A stretch of DNA of 64,000 nucleotides from a virus (lineage: Duplodnaviria; Caudoviricetes): positions 1-64,000 of the IMG/VR virus record IMGVR_UViG_3300042992_001693. One strand, given 5' to 3'. Shown here piece by piece: positions 35,790 through 45,691 of this stretch. The notes beneath the pieces were generated by a model, which had not been told where the DNA came from, made no database searches, and worked only from the letters and a program-made list of their open reading frames with translations. The translations under genes and the position numbers were made by a program. Position 1 is the first letter of the stretch, and each line of letters opens with the position of its first letter.

Positions 35790-36650
35790 TTATTTTACCT
35801 TTTCCATAAAGTTTGATGGTTCTGCTGTCAATGGTTGCAGTCCCATGTTTATTTCATATGCTTCGGGCATGATAACTCCGTTGACCATTCTTTTAGTTCC
35901 TAATAAACGAACACTGAATGAACTACAGTAAGCCCATGGTATATAACGATATCCATATAATTTAGCTCTAAAAATTCTAGGAGGGTCCATTGATATGGCA
36001 TCGTTTCTTTTGGGTCTGTTAATTTCAATTAATTTTTTAACCAATTCGTAATTTTTATTAAAATCAGAATTTAAAGTATTTGATAAAATAAAAGAAATAT
36101 CCATCGCTCCTTCATTTGCAGAAGAATAATCATACATTTTTGGGGTTTCTATATATGACCCAGGGCTACCACCGCCCTTAAGACCTTCCATCAACGCACC
36201 CACCGCACCGCCTATATCTTTATTTTTAAAAGCACCTTCGGCTTTATTTATACCTTGATCACCGACCATTGCTGTTATTTGAGTAGCACCTCCAATATAT
36301 TTTTGAGCTATGGTATCTAATGTAGATCCTATGCCACCGCTTCCTCCAAATCCATCTTGGAATGTATCTCCAAATTGATTATTGAAACTTCTAGCTTGAT
36401 CACTGAAATATGGAAAATAAAAATCGTCTTCTAATTTTGCAGATTTGTATAAATCATTATAAAATTGTTCTGCTGATTTGTTGGCTACTTCTAAATAAGA
36501 AGTTAATCTATCTATAACTTGATTTGATACAATTCTATATGAACGCAATACCACTTTAGGAGCATCATTTCTTAAAGCAGCTCCTCTTGGTACACTCGTC
36601 CAATCATAATCTTTTACAACATTGTATTTACCCACAATATTATTTATCAA
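35790..36650 (-). CDS. baseplate/tail-tube cap gp48-like
   Basis: tube-like fold motifs, PPRIF, YCSSFSV; synteny. Confidence 0.45.
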   Translation of the reverse strand: MINNIVGKYNVVKDYDWTSVPRGAALRNDAPKVVLRSYRIVSNQVIDRLTSYLEVANKSAEQFYNDLYKSAKLEDDFYFPYFSDQARSFNNQFGDTFQDGFGGSGGIGSTLDTIAQKYIGGATQITAMVGDQGINKAEGAFKNKDIGGAVGALMEGLKGGGSPGSYIETPKMYDYSSANEGAMDISFILSNTLNSDFNKNYELVKKLIEINRPKRNDAISMDPPRIFRAKLYGYRYIPWAYCSSFSVRLLGTKRMVNGVIMPEAYEINMGLQPLTAEPSNFMEKVK

Positions 36651-39091
36651 CCAAGAGCATATACACTCCCAGCATATCCCATTCTATTATCACTTAATGA
36701 TATTCTATTTTTACCACCATCTGACATCATAGGGATTGGTTGAGGAATAACAGATGCGCTACCACTTGAGCCATTCATTCTTTTCATTTCTTTAAGTGTC
36801 AAATTACCGATATTGACAAGCGCTTCTAAATATTTACATTGATTTAAACTAGCATGTTCAATAATTTGAGCAACACTTATAGCTTCATTGTTTTTAAATT
36901 CTGTTTGGTCATTTTTAGAATTTAGACCTTTTTCATTATTTGTTAATGTTTCATATTTGTTATTTGGAATTTCACCAGCTAAATTAATAATATCTTCAGA
37001 AAGTTTAACAAAGGCGTTAAGCATAACAGATTTAATATCGGGAATGATTCCTGAAAATATATCTTTTAAACTTTCTAAGTATGAAGAAAAAGAATCTGAA
37101 ACTATTGGTTTTGCTGCATTAAAAACATCAACTATAATTGAACCAATACCCTTTAATGATTCTGATATTGTTGGTTTTGCTGCATTAAAAACATCAACTA
37201 TAATTGAACCAATACCCTTTAATGATTCTGATATTGTTGGTTTTGCTGCATTAAAAACATCAACTATAATTGAACCAATACCCTTTAATGATTCTGATAT
37301 TTTTGGTGATATTTTATCGAATGCGCTTGATAACATATTATATAAATTATCAACTCCCACAATCAGTGCTGATTCTATTTTTGGTAAAATTAAACTTATT
37401 TGGTTTGAAAATTTATCAAATATATCACTTGTGAATTTTTCAAGTTCTGGAAGTATTTCGGAAAACTTTTTAAATGCTGCATCAAATGCGTTTTTACCTA
37501 ATGTTTTCAAAGAAGAAAACATATCACTTGCAAGACTTCCAAGACTTTCAAGACCAGAACCTATAGAATCTGCCATTTTAGAAAAGAATCCTTTGCTTTC
37601 CTCTTTTGGTATATTGTCATTTTTGTTTTTGGATGTTGGTTTAGGTGCGGAGACCGTTGCATTATCTCCAGTTTCTGCTCCAGTTTCATCCAATATACCA
37701 AACCATTCTAGAGGTTTTCTCAAGAAAGCTGGCAATTTGTGTAATTTACCTTTTATCCAATTCTTTAATCTATCTTTCCAACTTCCATCAGGAGATAATG
37801 ATTTTTCATCTTCGGTTTCTCCTCCAAGTAACCAACCAGCTAACATATTGAAACCACTTACCAAAGGACCACCTCCAACAAAAGCAAGAACACCCTCTCC
37901 TAAAAGTTTAAATCCTTCTCCAATATTTCCACTTGTGAATGCATCCCACGCCATTCCAAATCTTTTTATGCCGCCCACAATAGGCAAGTTCATAGCATTA
38001 TCAGATATGTATGTTCCAATTTGAGATATCCATCCTTTGATAGTTCCCATAACTCCACCTTCATTTATTTGGGCTTGTTGTTCTTCTTTGCTTGCAGATA
38101 AAAATGATGATAACCATTCATATCCTTTTATTAAAAACCCACCCCCTGGTACAATGGATATTAATCCATAAACAGTCTGTTTTAATCCTTCGCTCCAATT
38201 ACCAGATCCAAAAGCATCCCAAGCCATTCCAAAGCGTTTAAGTGATCCAACTATAGGTATATATAATGCATTATCCCATATCCATTTACCCATGTTAGAT
38301 GCCCAGCCCTTGATTGTTCCCAGAGCATTAGCATTGCTTAATGCACCTCCTTCAGCAAATGTTCCTTGGGATTCTAAAAATGCTTTTAATACATCGACAC
38401 CTATTGATAATATAGGACCAACAAATGGAACAAAATTAGCCAATCCGCTCACTATTTCAAGCAATCCTGGAATTATTCTACCAGCCTTAAATTCTTTATA
38501 AGCGAAAAACAAACTAATTAATCCTCCAACATATGGAATTCTTTTTAAAGCTGTTAATGCAAATCTTTTCAAAAAGGTCGCGCCTAATAATTTCAACCCA
38601 CCTATTAATCCAACCTTGCCTAAAACCTTCATTGCATCACCAGCAAATCCCACTTTTTCAAACAATGACGCTATTAAGGTAGGTATAGCTGCTCCAATTA
38701 ATGCAACTCCACCGACAAGAGGTAATAAAAAGTCCAATAAATTAAAACCTTTTTTCTTATCTGGTGATACTGCAGTTTCTTTAGGTTTGTTTTGTCTTTC
38801 TAGTTTAGAAATTAATGTTTGTTGAGTTGTGTCTTCTTTTTGCTTTTTCTGATAAGCAAAAAAAGATTCATTAAACAATGAAAATACTTCTTTTAGTTTT
38901 TTCTTATCAGATCCTGATAAAGAAGAATCTTCTCTTTTTTTACCAAGAGAAGAGTTATTAATATTATTATCTATTAAATTTTGTTGAGTATTGGGTACGC
39001 CTTTTTCTTCTTGAATTTTTTCAAGATTGTTTAAGATTCGACCTATTGTTACTATGATATCACCTAGCTCCACATAATTATTTAGGATCAA
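36647..39091 (-). CDS. tape-measure-like protein
   Basis: 814 aa, Gly/Ala amphipathic repeats (KRFGMAWDAF twice), hydrophobic segments, 22-aa tandem repeat. Confidence 0.7.
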   Translation of the reverse strand: MILNNYVELGDIIVTIGRILNNLEKIQEEKGVPNTQQNLIDNNINNSSLGKKREDSSLSGSDKKKLKEVFSLFNESFFAYQKKQKEDTTQQTLISKLERQNKPKETAVSPDKKKGFNLLDFLLPLVGGVALIGAAIPTLIASLFEKVGFAGDAMKVLGKVGLIGGLKLLGATFLKRFALTALKRIPYVGGLISLFFAYKEFKAGRIIPGLLEIVSGLANFVPFVGPILSIGVDVLKAFLESQGTFAEGGALSNANALGTIKGWASNMGKWIWDNALYIPIVGSLKRFGMAWDAFGSGNWSEGLKQTVYGLISIVPGGGFLIKGYEWLSSFLSASKEEQQAQINEGGVMGTIKGWISQIGTYISDNAMNLPIVGGIKRFGMAWDAFTSGNIGEGFKLLGEGVLAFVGGGPLVSGFNMLAGWLLGGETEDEKSLSPDGSWKDRLKNWIKGKLHKLPAFLRKPLEWFGILDETGAETGDNATVSAPKPTSKNKNDNIPKEESKGFFSKMADSIGSGLESLGSLASDMFSSLKTLGKNAFDAAFKKFSEILPELEKFTSDIFDKFSNQISLILPKIESALIVGVDNLYNMLSSAFDKISPKISESLKGIGSIIVDVFNAAKPTISESLKGIGSIIVDVFNAAKPTISESLKGIGSIIVDVFNAAKPIVSDSFSSYLESLKDIFSGIIPDIKSVMLNAFVKLSEDIINLAGEIPNNKYETLTNNEKGLNSKNDQTEFKNNEAISVAQIIEHASLNQCKYLEALVNIGNLTLKEMKRMNGSSGSASVIPQPIPMMSDGGKNRISLSDNRMGYAGSVYALG
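37105..37300 (+). repeat. three exact 66-bp tandem repeats (KPTISESLKGIGSIIVDVFNAA)
   Basis: units start at 37105, 37171 and 37237. Confidence 0.95.
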
Positions 39092-39825
39092 GCATCAAAG
39101 AATGCGACATCAATATCAATTTGGTGAACTTCTCCATCAATTTCAACTTTAAGAACTTCAACTTCTTTTTGCTTTATATCTTGTATAAATTCAATAATTT
39201 GTTTGTTTATAGATAAAGGAAGATTGTTTACAATTTTGATACGATCTCTTACTGAAATTTCAGAAAATTGAACAGTATCTTCTCCAACGGTGAGTGATTT
39301 TATATATTTTACAAGTTCATATGTATATATTTCGCTCAAACTCTTACCGACATCTTTATCAGCTTCTTTTTTGAGAACATCAACACATGTCGAAATGACT
39401 TGATTTTCTGCTGTTAATGTCGGTACTTCTAAATCTATTTCAATACCTCCTGTAATTTTCTTGTTTAATGTATGTTTAATTTTTTTCAATTGCTCGACTA
39501 CACCATTAAGCACATCGTATTGTTTATTTGAAATTTTTATAAAACTTCCCATACTATCAATTCTTAATTGAATTACAATTAATAATTTATCTATAATTTT
39601 TAAATCTTTATTATTGGTATTTTCAATAATAATATCATTTAGATTTTTTTGGAATTTTAATGGACCTACGATACCATCAGTTATTGTTGATATAATGTCT
39701 TTTTGTTGTTTGAATGTTAAAGATTCAGAATCTATTTTTTTACCAGTTGATAAAACATCAACTTTTATTTTATCATCTTTTAATTGTTCGATTTTATCAA
39801 GGAAGTTTTTTACATTATCGTCCAT
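39088..39825 (-). CDS. baseplate hub assembly protein (gp26/gp51-like)
   Basis: LTFKQQKDII, LEVPTL, synteny before tape measure. Confidence 0.45.
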   Translation of the reverse strand: MDDNVKNFLDKIEQLKDDKIKVDVLSTGKKIDSESLTFKQQKDIISTITDGIVGPLKFQKNLNDIIIENTNNKDLKIIDKLLIVIQLRIDSMGSFIKISNKQYDVLNGVVEQLKKIKHTLNKKITGGIEIDLEVPTLTAENQVISTCVDVLKKEADKDVGKSLSEIYTYELVKYIKSLTVGEDTVQFSEISVRDRIKIVNNLPLSINKQIIEFIQDIKQKEVEVLKVEIDGEVHQIDIDVAFFDA

Positions 39826-39846
39826 TCTTCTATTTACAAAATTGTA

Positions 39847-40572
39847 TTAAAAATCAAGCGATGGTAAGTTTTTTTGTTGAGATTCTATTTCATCACTATA
39901 TTTCTTTATATAAAAATTTACATCTTTTACATCAGAATTCATTAAAATATCAGCACTTATTCTTTTAGATATAAAAAATATAACATCTTGAAAATATTCT
40001 TTTGAATAATTTCCAAAAAGACTTTTTAAAAATAAAAATGGGTCGTTTGTATAAAAATTCAATTTAATATTTTCCAAAGCTTTATTTTCAAGTTTAAAAA
40101 TTTTTGTTTTATCTTTTGATAAAATGTCTATCAAATTTGAAAATATTTTAGCTGGTAATTTATCAATAACCATTTTTTTATCATAAAAACTTAAATCTGA
40201 TAAATTTAATGATACATTAGAAATGTTGATATTTTTTATAAGATTATATATCGGCATATTACCACCATCATATACAAAAGTGTTAGCTAATTGCAATTCG
40301 CAATTAAAATCATCATTTTCAAAATATAAACCGCTTTCTATTTCATCAGATAATTCATTTAATAAATAAGATATTTGAAGATTTAGTTGTTTTCCATTGG
40401 GATTGAAAGTTAATGTATCATTCACATGATATTCCCAAAATTTCAATATGGTTTTGAATTTTTGATATACATTATCTCCTTCAAATTCATTAAAAAAATC
40501 ACAAAGTTTTTGATTTTGATTTGTATCTATAATTTCTGCGACTTCTTTTAATTTTAAAAAAGTTAGTCTCAT
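39847..40572 (-). CDS. hypothetical baseplate-region protein
   Basis: 241-aa ORF. Confidence 0.55.
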   Translation of the reverse strand: MRLTFLKLKEVAEIIDTNQNQKLCDFFNEFEGDNVYQKFKTILKFWEYHVNDTLTFNPNGKQLNLQISYLLNELSDEIESGLYFENDDFNCELQLANTFVYDGGNMPIYNLIKNINISNVSLNLSDLSFYDKKMVIDKLPAKIFSNLIDILSKDKTKIFKLENKALENIKLNFYTNDPFLFLKSLFGNYSKEYFQDVIFFISKRISADILMNSDVKDVNFYIKKYSDEIESQQKNLPSLDF

Positions 40573-40582
40573 ATTATATTAA

Positions 40583-41179
40583 TTATAACTGTTCGTAATT
40601 TTGACAAGCAAATGTTATAGATTTTATTTTAAAATCGGTATTGTCGTAATTTAAAGTAAATCCTTCAACCGCTGTCGGAAATGCTTTTTTAAATCTAAAT
40701 CCTTTTCTAAATTGACCTTTGTTTGTATATTGTTTAATTTCAACCGTTCCTTTTAAACTAGAACCAGTTTCAACCAATCCTTTGATGCCCAATGCTATCA
40801 TCCAAGGTCTGAAATAATTATGTTCTAAATCTTGATTGGTTTCTAATATATTAATAGTAACATTTCTGCTTAAAAAATCACTTCTAGATTCTAAACCATA
40901 ACCAGGTAAAAAACCTCCAGTATTACCCATGCTCATAGGCGTAAATGAAGATGACTCGTTTGGTAATTGAACTTCTTGAGCTACCAACAAATTACCATTT
41001 TTAATCATATCTCTAGGAGACATTTTAGCTTGCCATTTTTCACCAGCTCGTGATAATACTGAATTTATAGATCCTGTACCTACACCATCAACAGTAACTG
41101 TCCAAAAAACAGGGAGACTAAGGCAAAACTTAGACTCCCTGCTAAAAGCATTTAAAAAATCATTTATCTGTACGCCCAT
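40583..41179 (-). CDS. tail tube-like initiator (gp54-like)
   Basis: tube fold: VQLPNES, F..AFPTAV..F.L.Y, SITFA. Confidence 0.55.
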   Translation of the reverse strand: MGVQINDFLNAFSRESKFCLSLPVFWTVTVDGVGTGSINSVLSRAGEKWQAKMSPRDMIKNGNLLVAQEVQLPNESSSFTPMSMGNTGGFLPGYGLESRSDFLSRNVTINILETNQDLEHNYFRPWMIALGIKGLVETGSSLKGTVEIKQYTNKGQFRKGFRFKKAFPTAVEGFTLNYDNTDFKIKSITFACQNYEQL

Positions 41180-41200
41180 AGATATATTTAGGCGAATGGA

Positions 41201-41773
41201 TTAAACGCTAAAATCTTTATAAAAATGATAACTAAATGTAGATGTGAATGATACAATTTCACCAGTGCCTTCAGCAATGTTATAAGTTAAATCTCCGATT
41301 TGTCTTATACCAACGCCGATTAATTGTATAGTTTTAACGATTTGTAAAGGTTGTCCGCTTGTAGCACCTGATTCTCTTGTGCAAGGAATTGAAAGAACAT
41401 CAAGAGTGAGTGTGCTTTCTGGTCCTGGCATACATAAGTTAGCAGTTGTATCTTCGTTATTAAATGCCACTCTGGATGCTTTTTCAAGTTTAGTTCTTAA
41501 ATCAAGATTTTGATCACAATAAAAATCTATACTATAACCTTCAGCATTTGCATAAGTTGCTCTTCCACCAAGGTTAAATTGCTGACCTGCATAGCTCACA
41601 GTCTTATTTTCGATTGTTCTTCCTGGAAGAATACCTGACTTAGCATAAATCAAATCAGTTTCTCCATTCAAGTTGAGACCTGGGAGTGTGATTTGTTTTA
41701 TTCTAAAAAGGAAATCTCTTGAGAATTGTTTTTGTGCGGCTTGCGAAAAGAAGGTTTCAATATTTGCTGGCAT
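41201..41773 (-). CDS. tail tube protein gp19-like
   Basis: FSRDFLFRI, KSGILPGRTI, YAG, GRATY, F.YH; TAAATA-N5-ATG. Confidence 0.8.
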   Translation of the reverse strand: MPANIETFFSQAAQKQFSRDFLFRIKQITLPGLNLNGETDLIYAKSGILPGRTIENKTVSYAGQQFNLGGRATYANAEGYSIDFYCDQNLDLRTKLEKASRVAFNNEDTTANLCMPGPESTLTLDVLSIPCTRESGATSGQPLQIVKTIQLIGVGIRQIGDLTYNIAEGTGEIVSFTSTFSYHFYKDFSV

Positions 41774-41868
41774 GTAATTATTTAGTCTAGACGCAATAAA
41801 AAATGAAATACTATAAAAATTTTAATAGATATTATTGATTTACTGCGGCTATTTCACTAAATAATTAA

Positions 41869-42699
41869 ATGGGAATAAAATATTCATTAAGTGAAAACGA
41901 TTTAATAAAAATTAAAGAAAATTATGGTAAAATGCCAAATAAAGATCTTTTAAAAATTTTAGACAATGATTGCAGTGTGGGGATTTTAACGCATACTGCG
42001 AAAAAATTAGGAGTTCGCACAAAGCGCGATGTTGTTATAAGAGTTCAATTATCTGAAACATATGATAAAATTATAGAAATTTTAAATATAATAGAAGATA
42101 AAAAAGCATATTCATTAGAACATGCCACGCAATTAGGGAAACTGCACATATCAACATTTTTAAAATCTATCAAAAAATATCCAAAACTTTTAGAACAATA
42201 TAATAAAATAAAATGGAATGATGTTTTTGATTTAAAATGTTCTGTGTGTAATTCTTTATTAACTTTAGATAATTATAGAAGATTGAATAATATTACCTGT
42301 TCAAGAGGTGCTAATAAGAATAGATTTAGAAAATGTGATGCTTGCCATACCCTATCAAATAGGGTCATAGACACACCCGTTAAAAAAATAGGACTTATAT
42401 TTTCTTCGGCTAAATCGAGAGCTAAAATGAAAAATATGGATTTTACAATTACAAAAAATGATATAATAAAAATGGCAAACGATCAAAATTCGAAATGTTA
42501 TTACACTGGAGATATTATGGAATATGAAATAGGGAATCCAAAAATGATATCTATTGATAGACTGGATAGTTCCAAAGGATATACATTAGATAATATATGC
42601 CTTGCAACTTGGGAAATTAATAAGATGAAAGCTGATATAAATTTCGGCAGATTCCTAGAAATCTGCCGAAAAATAAATTCAAACTTTAAATCTGATTAA
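41869..42699 (+). CDS. free-standing HNH-type endonuclease (His-Me finger) with zinc-finger
   Basis: CYYTG, SIDRLDSSKGYTLDNICLATWEINKMK; CSVC...CDAC. Confidence 0.8.
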   Translation: MGIKYSLSENDLIKIKENYGKMPNKDLLKILDNDCSVGILTHTAKKLGVRTKRDVVIRVQLSETYDKIIEILNIIEDKKAYSLEHATQLGKLHISTFLKSIKKYPKLLEQYNKIKWNDVFDLKCSVCNSLLTLDNYRRLNNITCSRGANKNRFRKCDACHTLSNRVIDTPVKKIGLIFSSAKSRAKMKNMDFTITKNDIIKMANDQNSKCYYTGDIMEYEIGNPKMISIDRLDSSKGYTLDNICLATWEINKMKADINFGRFLEICRKINSNFKSD

Positions 42700-42700
42700 T

Positions 42701-45049
42701 TTATACGATTTCGTTAAAGTTAGCATCTGTGCGAGTCGCTGTGAATGTTACTAATATGAATTCAGCTGCTCTGGTTGGTTTAATTAAGATATCAGCTCTC
42801 AACTCATTGTTATCAATAACTTCGGGAGTATTAACTCGCTCATCAGCTACGATGAGATAATCGTATAATCCTTGATTTTGTTTAGCAAACTCAAGCAATG
42901 GAGTGATTGTGTTTACAAATCTTGTTCTGGTGAACTCAGTGTTTGGTTCGAATAAGAAATATTTGGATGCTTTCTTAACTGGTCTTTCAAGTGCTAAGAA
43001 GAGTCTTCTTACGTTGATTCTATCAAAGGCGCTTGGTTTGCGGCTAAGAGTTTTTTGACCCATTACAACCATACCGTCACTTGCACTGAAATATACAGGG
43101 TTGATATTAACTTTATATAATTCATCGCGTTGCTTTTGATTTGGATTAACTGCTAAATCAAGTGCTGATGTTGTAAGAACACCTCTGTTGAATCCAGCTG
43201 GAGCGATCCAAGGGAATTCATTAGCATCGGTTCTTGCCATTACTGCAGCTGCGTGTGGAGATAAAGGCATCCAATACTTGTCACCAGTGAAATCGTCATA
43301 TGTTTGAACCCAGTTACCATAAACTGCAGCATATGATGTGTTGGTTAATGACAATTGGTGTCTGATTGGCCAATAAACATCTGTTTGGAATGTTCTAGTT
43401 CTGTCTGAAAGAATCTTTGTATTCTTACCTGTTACCAAGAAGTGTCTAATTGGATCTGCTATGAACATACAATCTCCTCTACCACCAGTGTTGCTAGGAA
43501 GATTACAGAAGTTTTCAAATTGATTGAACACTGCTGTGTAGTTTGCTCTCAAATTAGTAGCTGAAAGATTATTATCTATCGGCTGTGATGTTCTCATTGA
43601 ATCAACGTTTGTTTTTATAGTGTTATTGTAGAGAGTTTCATCATAGAATGGTGTTTGAGCAGCACACGCCATGGTGAATATTGTTCCTAACCCACCTTCA
43701 ACTACAAGATCAATGTCGTAAATTTCATCATTTTTAACTGATTCTAATGCACGATTTATTTTAGTTGGAACATTTCCTACAATTTTCTGTCTGATTACAG
43801 TATTGCTAAATGCTCCAAGTGGAGTGAGAGCATCAGCATAACCGATGTCAGCGGATAGTGATTGTATAGTAGAAAGGCTTATAGTACTATTGTTTCCAGA
43901 TCCTGGAAGATCTACAGACAATATTGAATAATTTGTTACCATTCCTTGTGTCAAGACACGTATTCTCTTTTGTGGAATACCGCTTGAATTCAAGCTTGTT
44001 TGGCGGAACTTATTAGAAATGAATGGGTTTACCATTATTTCAACATTTCTGCTGTTTGTATCGACAGATTCTAAGAAGAATGGAACCGCTGGTCCTCCAG
44101 AAGGATTCAATTGAGTTCTGAAAGTGTCGATAGATCCTACAATCGCATCATCAAGGACATAATCAAGCTTGAATGATTCGGTAGCGTATGTACTCTTACG
44201 AAGTTTGAAAACTGCAACATTTAGAAGGTCATCATCTTCACGACCATCAATATTATAGTTTGTAAGTTTTTCCATTATTTCAGAAACACTGTTAGCAGTT
44301 CCACCTGGGGTTGAACTGAGGCCAAACTCAAGTGTTCCAGTGGGAACATCTGTGTAAGTAATGTTGTTTGGTGTTGAAACAAAGTTACCACTCAAGCTGA
44401 GGGTCTTCACTCCGACGATAGCATCGAAATTTGTAGCTGGGTTGATGTTGGTATTATCTGCTATACCGACATAATATCCTTCAAATTGACTGTTGATTGT
44501 TGTTTGTGCTTTGTTGAAAACAATCAATCCAGCTCTACCAAGATCGGTAACTGCACTCAATTGGTTTCTTGATGAAAGACCAGTGTCTGACCAATCAAAT
44601 AATGTTCCTTCAAGAGCTTGTCTGTATTGGGTTTCGGTTAAAGTTACATGAACAGGCTGTCCTAATACATATGTAGCGGCTGATAAGTCGAGAGTTGATG
44701 TTACAGCATCGTTGAAAATTGCTTTTGCTGGATAAACGAGAGCAGAAAATCTGCTTCCAAAACCGTCACCGCTTCCATCACCGTAAGGTAATCTGAAAGT
44801 ATAAACATTCGCAGGTGAATTAAGAAGCTCTCTTACTGAGTAGTAGAAATAGCGTTCGGAGCTATTTGTAGGAGTTCCATAAATTTGTTCCAGTTCATCT
44901 CTTGTTGAGATCTTTATAACTTCATCAATTGGTCCTTGATTAGCAAATCCTGCTAAAAACACATTTGTTCCAACATTTTGAGGTATTCTTAAAGAAAGGT
45001 CGCGTTCTCTGATTTCAACACCTGGAGATTGTATAGTTCTAGTTGCCAT
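42701..45049 (-). CDS. tail sheath protein gp18-like
   Basis: SPGVEIRERDL, GPIDE, PWIAPAGFNRG, QRDELYK..INP, GQKTL...SAFDRINVRRLF, EFILVTF.ATRT. Confidence 0.95.
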   Translation of the reverse strand: MATRTIQSPGVEIRERDLSLRIPQNVGTNVFLAGFANQGPIDEVIKISTRDELEQIYGTPTNSSERYFYYSVRELLNSPANVYTFRLPYGDGSGDGFGSRFSALVYPAKAIFNDAVTSTLDLSAATYVLGQPVHVTLTETQYRQALEGTLFDWSDTGLSSRNQLSAVTDLGRAGLIVFNKAQTTINSQFEGYYVGIADNTNINPATNFDAIVGVKTLSLSGNFVSTPNNITYTDVPTGTLEFGLSSTPGGTANSVSEIMEKLTNYNIDGREDDDLLNVAVFKLRKSTYATESFKLDYVLDDAIVGSIDTFRTQLNPSGGPAVPFFLESVDTNSRNVEIMVNPFISNKFRQTSLNSSGIPQKRIRVLTQGMVTNYSILSVDLPGSGNNSTISLSTIQSLSADIGYADALTPLGAFSNTVIRQKIVGNVPTKINRALESVKNDEIYDIDLVVEGGLGTIFTMACAAQTPFYDETLYNNTIKTNVDSMRTSQPIDNNLSATNLRANYTAVFNQFENFCNLPSNTGGRGDCMFIADPIRHFLVTGKNTKILSDRTRTFQTDVYWPIRHQLSLTNTSYAAVYGNWVQTYDDFTGDKYWMPLSPHAAAVMARTDANEFPWIAPAGFNRGVLTTSALDLAVNPNQKQRDELYKVNINPVYFSASDGMVVMGQKTLSRKPSAFDRINVRRLFLALERPVKKASKYFLFEPNTEFTRTRFVNTITPLLEFAKQNQGLYDYLIVADERVNTPEVIDNNELRADILIKPTRAAEFILVTFTATRTDANFNEIV

Positions 45050-45086
45050 ATCTTTATTTATGTTTTTTCAAGTATTTTTTTTTAAA

Positions 45087-45689
45087 TTAATCTATAGTTA
45101 ACTTAAAAAGTTCTTGATCTATTAATTCTGTATGTAATTGACTGTACAAAAATACAAAACCACTAACCAATCTCATATCACCTCCAGGCTGATAATCATA
45201 ATTCAAACCTTTTAAAGTTGTTGGGAATGCTTTCTTATAAGTAAATTTAATTCTTTTTTTACCATAATCATCCAATCCGTATATTGTTAGATCGGTTTGA
45301 TAATCATTAAAATTAGCATCTATGCTGACATTTCTAGTATTATATTCCCCGCTTTTTTGATCATGTAATAAATTTAACCACTGATATATGCACCAATAGT
45401 TATTATATAATCCATCAACCGCAAAATTTACTTCAACGGGTGGATAACTATTTTTACTATGAGATGAAATATATAGTGTTGATCCAGCATATCTTGTTTC
45501 AATTCCAGGAACCGTTATGTCAGGAACACTTGTTCCAAATATTGAAAATTGAACATTGTCAGGTATTACAGTTTTATTATTTCTATTATGTTTTGTTGAA
45601 AATTCTTTTAAAATTGGCGGTACGTCAAAAACCAATAAAAATTTGTCCTTTGCTGCTTGATTCAGAGGGCTTTGTTTAATCTCTTGCAT
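45087..45689 (-). CDS. tail completion/tube terminator gp3-like
   Basis: VPDITVP, V.F.VD..YNNY..IYQWL, AFPTTL. Confidence 0.65.
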   Translation of the reverse strand: MQEIKQSPLNQAAKDKFLLVFDVPPILKEFSTKHNRNNKTVIPDNVQFSIFGTSVPDITVPGIETRYAGSTLYISSHSKNSYPPVEVNFAVDGLYNNYWCIYQWLNLLHDQKSGEYNTRNVSIDANFNDYQTDLTIYGLDDYGKKRIKFTYKKAFPTTLKGLNYDYQPGGDMRLVSGFVFLYSQLHTELIDQELFKLTID

Positions 45690-45691
45690 GA

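Noticed and set aside
37105-37300. CRISPR-like array
   Set aside because: Units are contiguous with no spacers, in frame and inside a CDS
36888-38024. 378-aa + strand ORF
   Set aside because: Antisense shadow of the tape-measure gene; it mirrors the same 66-bp repeat
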